Below, piece by piece: positions 59,452-64,000 of a stretch of DNA of 64,000 nucleotides. The notes under the pieces were generated by a model. That model was not told the DNA's origin. It did no database searches and saw only the letters and a program-made list of their open reading frames with translations. This stretch comes from Chlorobiaceae bacterium (lineage in GTDB: Bacteria > Bacteroidota > Chlorobiia > Chlorobiales > Chlorobiaceae). The position numbers and the translations under genes were made by a program. The stretch is taken from contig JAAXWL010000001.1 of NCBI GenBank assembly GCA_013334975.1, positions 11,921-75,920 of the forward strand. Reading direction: 5' to 3'. The stretch's first letter is position 1; each line of letters opens with the position of its first letter.

Positions 59452-60768
59452 TTACCGGTCGAGACCGGAGAGGAATCGGGCCAGTTCTTCATAACGGTTG
59501 CCGATCATGGTGGCTGTTTTTGGCTTGTTCATGATCGTTTCCATCGCTTTCGGCAGAGGTACCGCCCTGTCGATGGCTTTCATGATGGCATCGTCGAACT
59601 TGACCGGATGGGCGGTTGAAAGCACCACACCGGGTGATGCTTTACCGGGATGTTGCCGACGGTATTGTTCAAGTGCACGGTATCCGACGGCGGTATGTGG
59701 ATCCATGATATAGTGGTATTGCTGATAGACCGATCTGATGGTCTCGACGGTTTCTTCATCCGAAACGGCTATGCCGGTAATATCCTGACCCATGCTCCGG
59801 AAATTTCCGTTATAGAAATGCAGCAGCCGTGAGAAATTGCTTGGATTGCCGACATCCATGGCGGTGGTGAGCGTTCTGACGGTCTGTTTCGGCTCGAAAC
59901 GTCCCTCTTCAAGGTAGCGGGTGACACTGTCGTTGGCGTTCGATGCGGCAATGAAATGGCCTATCGGGAAGCCCATCATTTTGGCCATGACGCCGGCGGT
60001 GAGGTTGCCATAGTTGCCGCTGGGTACCGAAAAGAGGGGCAGGTGGCCGGGGTGCCGATCAGCGAGTTGCAGGGAGGCCCAGGCATAGTAAAAGGATTGG
60101 GGGATCAGACGAGATATGTTGATGGAGTTGGCCGAGGTCAGGGTCAGTTTCTGCCGGAGTGAGTCATCGACAAAGGCCTGCTTGACCAGGCGCTGGCAGT
60201 CATCGAAATCACCTTTGACTTCGAGGGCAAAAACGTTATCGCCGGCAGTGGTGAGTTGTTGTTCCTGAAGTCGGCTTACCTTGCCCGAAGGGTAAAGCAG
60301 TATAACCCTGGTGTCAGGGATGCCGTGGAAGCCGTAAGCGACAGCACTTCCGGTATCGCCTGACGTTGCGACCAGCACGGTGATCATCCGGCGATCCAGA
60401 GCAGCGAAAAATCCGGTCAGTCTTGCAAGAAAACGGGCGCCATAATCCTTGAAGGCCAGCGTCGGGCCGTGGAACAGCTCTTCGACATAGGTGTCGGTGT
60501 CAAGTTGGTGGAGTGGTGTTTCAAAGGTAAAGCATTCCTCAACAAGCCGGGAGAGGGCATCGAGTGGTATTTCGTCACCAGCGAACTTCTTGGCGATAGC
60601 GAACGCTATGTTTTTGAATGAGCCACTCTGGAGCAGATCAATTTCTTCACGCGAGAAGTGGGGCATCGTTGAGGGGACGTAAAGTCCGCCGTCAGGAGCA
60701 AGTCCTTCGAGTGTGGCTTTTTTCAGAGAAACCGGTGCTGATGTTTTCGTGGTGCTGTAAAAAATCAT
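59452..60768 (-). CDS. thrC: Threonine synthase
   Basis: GLAPDGGLY, ELFHGPTLAFKDYG, ATSGDTG, NSINISR, PSGNYGN, DPHTAV, TAHPVKF. Confidence 0.97.
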   Translation of the reverse strand: MIFYSTTKTSAPVSLKKATLEGLAPDGGLYVPSTMPHFSREEIDLLQSGSFKNIAFAIAKKFAGDEIPLDALSRLVEECFTFETPLHQLDTDTYVEELFHGPTLAFKDYGARFLARLTGFFAALDRRMITVLVATSGDTGSAVAYGFHGIPDTRVILLYPSGKVSRLQEQQLTTAGDNVFALEVKGDFDDCQRLVKQAFVDDSLRQKLTLTSANSINISRLIPQSFYYAWASLQLADRHPGHLPLFSVPSGNYGNLTAGVMAKMMGFPIGHFIAASNANDSVTRYLEEGRFEPKQTVRTLTTAMDVGNPSNFSRLLHFYNGNFRSMGQDITGIAVSDEETVETIRSVYQQYHYIMDPHTAVGYRALEQYRRQHPGKASPGVVLSTAHPVKFDDAIMKAIDRAVPLPKAMETIMNKPKTATMIGNRYEELARFLSGLDR

Positions 60769-60780
60769 ATCGTCATGCGT

Positions 60781-61755
60781 TCATGGGGTTGAGCTGATGG
60801 TTCGTGCGCCCTGGCTGCAGATCGGTGACACCCACATATCTGAAAGCAGTTTGGCTTTAGAGTGCAGGAATGCCTCCCGCATGGCGACGCCAACCTTTTC
60901 GGCAGTTATTTTCGAGGATGAAAAGGCGAAGACAGACGGACCCGAACCGGCGATACTGCATCCGAGAGCGCCCGAATCGAGGGCGGCCTGCTTGACGTCG
61001 TAGAAGCCCGGAATGAGTGGCGCCCGTTTAGGTTCGGCGATGACATCGACCAGCGCGCGGCCGATCAGGTCGTAATCTTCCATCAACAGTCCGGAAATCA
61101 GTGCGCCGACATTGCCCCATTGCTGGGTGGCTGTCGAAAGCGGAATCGTTTTGGGCAGCACGGATCGGGCGAATGAAGTTTTGAGCTCGGTGTGCGGGTG
61201 AACCAGAGAGCAGAAGAGGTTTTTCGGGGGTTTGATGGTGATCAGGTCGAGCGGATGATAGCTTCGTATCAGGATGAAATTGCCCAGTATCGCAGGTGCG
61301 GCGTTGTCGGCATGAGCTGATCCGCAGGCAACCCGCTCACCTTCGATGGCAAAATGAACCAGCTCCATTCTGGTGCAGGGTGATCCGAGAAGTTCATTGG
61401 CGGCGATCAGCGCTGCAGCGGCACTGGCCGCACTGCTGCCCATGCCGCTGGAGAGGGGCAGGTTTTTTTTGAGCACCAGGTCAATATGTCCGTCAAAGCT
61501 TATACCACGTGAGGTCCGCAGGTATTCAAGAAGCTTGAGTACGACGAAACTTGAGGTGTTTTTTCTCGGGTCAAGTGGTAAGGCTCCGCCGTCACCCTCT
61601 ATGGCGGTGATTGATACGGGGCAGTCACTTTTGCGGTCTGCATGAAGTGTCAGCACAACTTCATCACCGGGTTCGGTAATAGCGAACCCGAGTACGTCAA
61701 AACCACAAGCGACGTTTCCTACCGTTGCTGACGCAAATCCAGTGACGGTTTTCAT
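60781..61755 (-). CDS. thrB: Homoserine kinase
   Basis: ATVGNVACGFDVLG, PLSSGMGSSAAS, HADN, IAGSGPS. Confidence 0.96.
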   Translation of the reverse strand: MKTVTGFASATVGNVACGFDVLGFAITEPGDEVVLTLHADRKSDCPVSITAIEGDGGALPLDPRKNTSSFVVLKLLEYLRTSRGISFDGHIDLVLKKNLPLSSGMGSSAASAAAALIAANELLGSPCTRMELVHFAIEGERVACGSAHADNAAPAILGNFILIRSYHPLDLITIKPPKNLFCSLVHPHTELKTSFARSVLPKTIPLSTATQQWGNVGALISGLLMEDYDLIGRALVDVIAEPKRAPLIPGFYDVKQAALDSGALGCSIAGSGPSVFAFSSSKITAEKVGVAMREAFLHSKAKLLSDMWVSPICSQGARTISSTP

Positions 61756-61966
61756 GGCATGTTACAGGGCAAAATTCCTGAATCGGTATGGTATCGGGGT
61801 TGCTCCACAAATGTCGATGATCCAAATTGGCTCTGGCATTTGAATAACTAAAAGCTTTTCATTAAATTTGGCTTTCATTTTTTGGAGGGTTACGGGCCGT
61901 AGCCGGATTCATGAGAAGGTACGGAGAATCTTTTTCTTTTCTTAACAATAACCTATCGATTTCCAC

Positions 61967-63547
61967 ATGTCAACAGCAGTCAGACCCGATGAGGTGTCTT
62001 CCATACTCCGCAAGCAGCTTGCCGGCTTCGAGTCGGAGGCGGATGTTTATGATGTAGGAACAGTTTTGCAGGTTGGTGACGGTATTGCCCGTATTTACGG
62101 TTTATCAAATGTTGCTGCCGGCGAACTTCTTGAGTTTCCCAACAAGGTGATGGGAATGGCTTTAAACCTCGAAGAAGACAATGTCGGTGCTGTGCTTTTC
62201 GCTGCGTCAAACTCGGTCAAGGAAGGTGATACGGTTAAAAGAACCAACATTCTCGCGTCGATTCCTGTCGGTGAGGCCATGCTTGGAAGGGTTATCAATC
62301 CTCTCGGTGAACCCATTGATGGTAAAGGCCCGATTGATGCCAATATCCGTCTGCCGCTTGAGCGCAGGGCTCCTGGCGTCATTTTCCGTAAATCGGTTCA
62401 TGAACCGCTTCAGACAGGTCTGAAGGCTATCGACGCCATGATTCCGATTGGTCGCGGCCAGCGCGAGTTGATTATCGGCGATCGCCAGACCGGCAAGACC
62501 GCCGTGGCGCTCGATACCATTATCAACCAGAAGGGCAAAGGTGTTCAGTGCATCTATGTTGCTATCGGACTGAAGGGATCGACGGTTGCCCAGGTGGTCA
62601 ACACGCTTGAAAAATTCGGTGCCATGGAGTATACTACGGTCGTTTCGGCCACGGCCTCCGACCCGGCTCCCTTGCAGTTCATCGCGCCATTTGCTGGTGC
62701 GACCATCGGTGAGTACTTCCGCGATACCGGTCGCCATGCGCTGGTTATCTACGACGATCTTTCCAAACAGGCTGTTGCTTACCGCCAGCTCTCACTGCTT
62801 CTGCGTCGTCCTCCGGGACGCGAAGCCTACCCCGGCGACGTGTTCTACCTGCACTCCCGTCTGCTTGAAAGAGCTGCTAAGATCACCGACGATATCGAGG
62901 TGGCCAAGAAAATGAACGACCTTCCGGAACCGCTGAAGGCTATTGTCAAGGGTGGGGGCAGCCTCACGGCGCTTCCGGTCATCGAGACCCAGGCTGGTGA
63001 CGTGTCAGCCTATATCCCGACCAACGTGATTTCAATTACCGATGGCCAGATATTCCTTGAGTCGAACCTGTTCAACTCCGGTCAGAGGCCGGCCATTAAC
63101 GTCGGTATCTCGGTTTCCCGCGTTGGCGGTGCTGCCCAGATCAAGGCGATGAAAAAGGTTGCCGGTACACTGAGGCTCGATCTTGCCCAGTTCCGCGAAC
63201 TCGAAGCCTTCTCAAAATTTGGTTCAGACCTTGACAAGACCACCAAGGCCCAGCTCGACAGGGGTGCCCGTCTGGTGGAGATCCTCAAGCAGGGTCAGTA
63301 TATTCCGATGCCGGTAGAGAAGCAGGTGGCGATCATCTATGTAGGTACCCAGGGTATGCTCGATTCGATTGAACTCAAGTATATCCGCCGTTTTGAAGAG
63401 GAGTTCCTCGGTATGCTCGAGCAGAAGCATCCCGAGATTCTGTCTTCGATTGCCACTACCGGTGCGCTCGAGGCCGATATGACAGCCAAACTGAAGGCAG
63501 TGGCTGAAAAGTACATTGCCTCTTTCAGGGAGAGAGTGAAAGCCTGA
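61967..63547 (+). CDS. atpA: F1 ATP synthase alpha subunit
   Basis: [37 protein letters not shown]. Confidence 0.99.
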   Translation: MSTAVRPDEVSSILRKQLAGFESEADVYDVGTVLQVGDGIARIYGLSNVAAGELLEFPNKVMGMALNLEEDNVGAVLFAASNSVKEGDTVKRTNILASIPVGEAMLGRVINPLGEPIDGKGPIDANIRLPLERRAPGVIFRKSVHEPLQTGLKAIDAMIPIGRGQRELIIGDRQTGKTAVALDTIINQKGKGVQCIYVAIGLKGSTVAQVVNTLEKFGAMEYTTVVSATASDPAPLQFIAPFAGATIGEYFRDTGRHALVIYDDLSKQAVAYRQLSLLLRRPPGREAYPGDVFYLHSRLLERAAKITDDIEVAKKMNDLPEPLKAIVKGGGSLTALPVIETQAGDVSAYIPTNVISITDGQIFLESNLFNSGQRPAINVGISVSRVGGAAQIKAMKKVAGTLRLDLAQFRELEAFSKFGSDLDKTTKAQLDRGARLVEILKQGQYIPMPVEKQVAIIYVGTQGMLDSIELKYIRRFEEEFLGMLEQKHPEILSSIATTGALEADMTAKLKAVAEKYIASFRERVKA

Positions 63548-63628
63548 GGTCAAGAGTGATACGGAGGCCTACGGGAACACCGTGGCCACCGCAAGTTTTT
63601 CGGCAATACCAACAATGTTTCGGAATAC

Positions 63629-64000
63629 ATGCCTACTTTAAAGGATATACGCATACGTCTCAAGGGTATCAAATCCACGCAGCAGGTGACCAAAGCCATG
63701 AAGATGGTTGCTGCGGCCAAGCTGAGAAGGGCGCAGGAACGGGCAGTCCAGGCCCGTCCGTATGCCCGGAAAATGAAGGAGATGCTCGCCTCTCTGACCA
63801 GCAAGGTTGATACATCGCTCAATCCTCTGCTCTCACCCCGTGAAGAGGTGAAAAAAGTGCTGGTCATTCTGGTCACATCCGACAGGGGGCTTTGCGGCGG
63901 TTTCAATACCAATATAATCAAGATGGCTCAGCGGGTCATCCATGAGGATTTCGCCGCACTCCATGCAAAAGGCGAGGTGACCCTGATCTGCGCCGGTACG
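63629..64000 (+). CDS. atpG: F1 ATP synthase gamma subunit, 5' part (runs off window)
   Basis: Hand translation [32 protein letters not shown]...[11 protein letters not shown]. Confidence 0.97.
   Translation, partial: MPTLKDIRIRLKGIKSTQQVTKAMKMVAAAKLRRAQERAVQARPYARKMKEMLASLTSKVDTSLNPLLSPREEVKKVLVILVTSDRGLCGGFNTNIIKMAQRVIHEDFAALHAKGEVTLICAGT

Noticed and set aside
61756-64000. atpA-atpG without upstream atpBEFH
   Set aside because: Split ATP synthase operons are, to my knowledge, the normal arrangement in Chlorobi.

Overview
Chromosomal window from a green sulfur bacterium (Chlorobiaceae), shown by the chlorosome genes csmB, csmD and csmE and a type-E succinate:quinone oxidoreductase/fumarate reductase. 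Bases 1-17.8 kb hold the str-S10-spc-alpha ribosomal supercluster (fusA 3' end to rplQ), with a tRNA-Gly(UCC) between rplN and rplX. The remainder is mixed housekeeping and accessory DNA: rsmG, manC-like, cysS, two DUF4405-like membrane proteins (one ending in CxxCH), an rsgA-family GTPase, rlpA, kup, terC, an HTH-PAS regulator, a frameshifted NAD(P)-binding gene, an RR-HK-RR cluster, an amgK-murU-namZ-SSS cell-wall sugar salvage operon, sdhAB plus CCG subunit, hemE, gmhA, ribH, plsC, thrCB, atpA and partial atpG. The best candidate for an undescribed system is at 45.3-51.4 kb: a CstR-like (His-lacking CsoR family) repressor with a perfect operator heads a TolC-RND-PII-like-persulfide-dioxygenase-like operon, a possible reactive-sulfur export/detoxification module whose periplasmic adaptor gene is missing. 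Intergenic 6-, 7- and 9-mer tandem mini-arrays recur. No CRISPR array, rRNA, integrase or transposase was seen. All family calls are by motif recognition from memory; no database searches were run.
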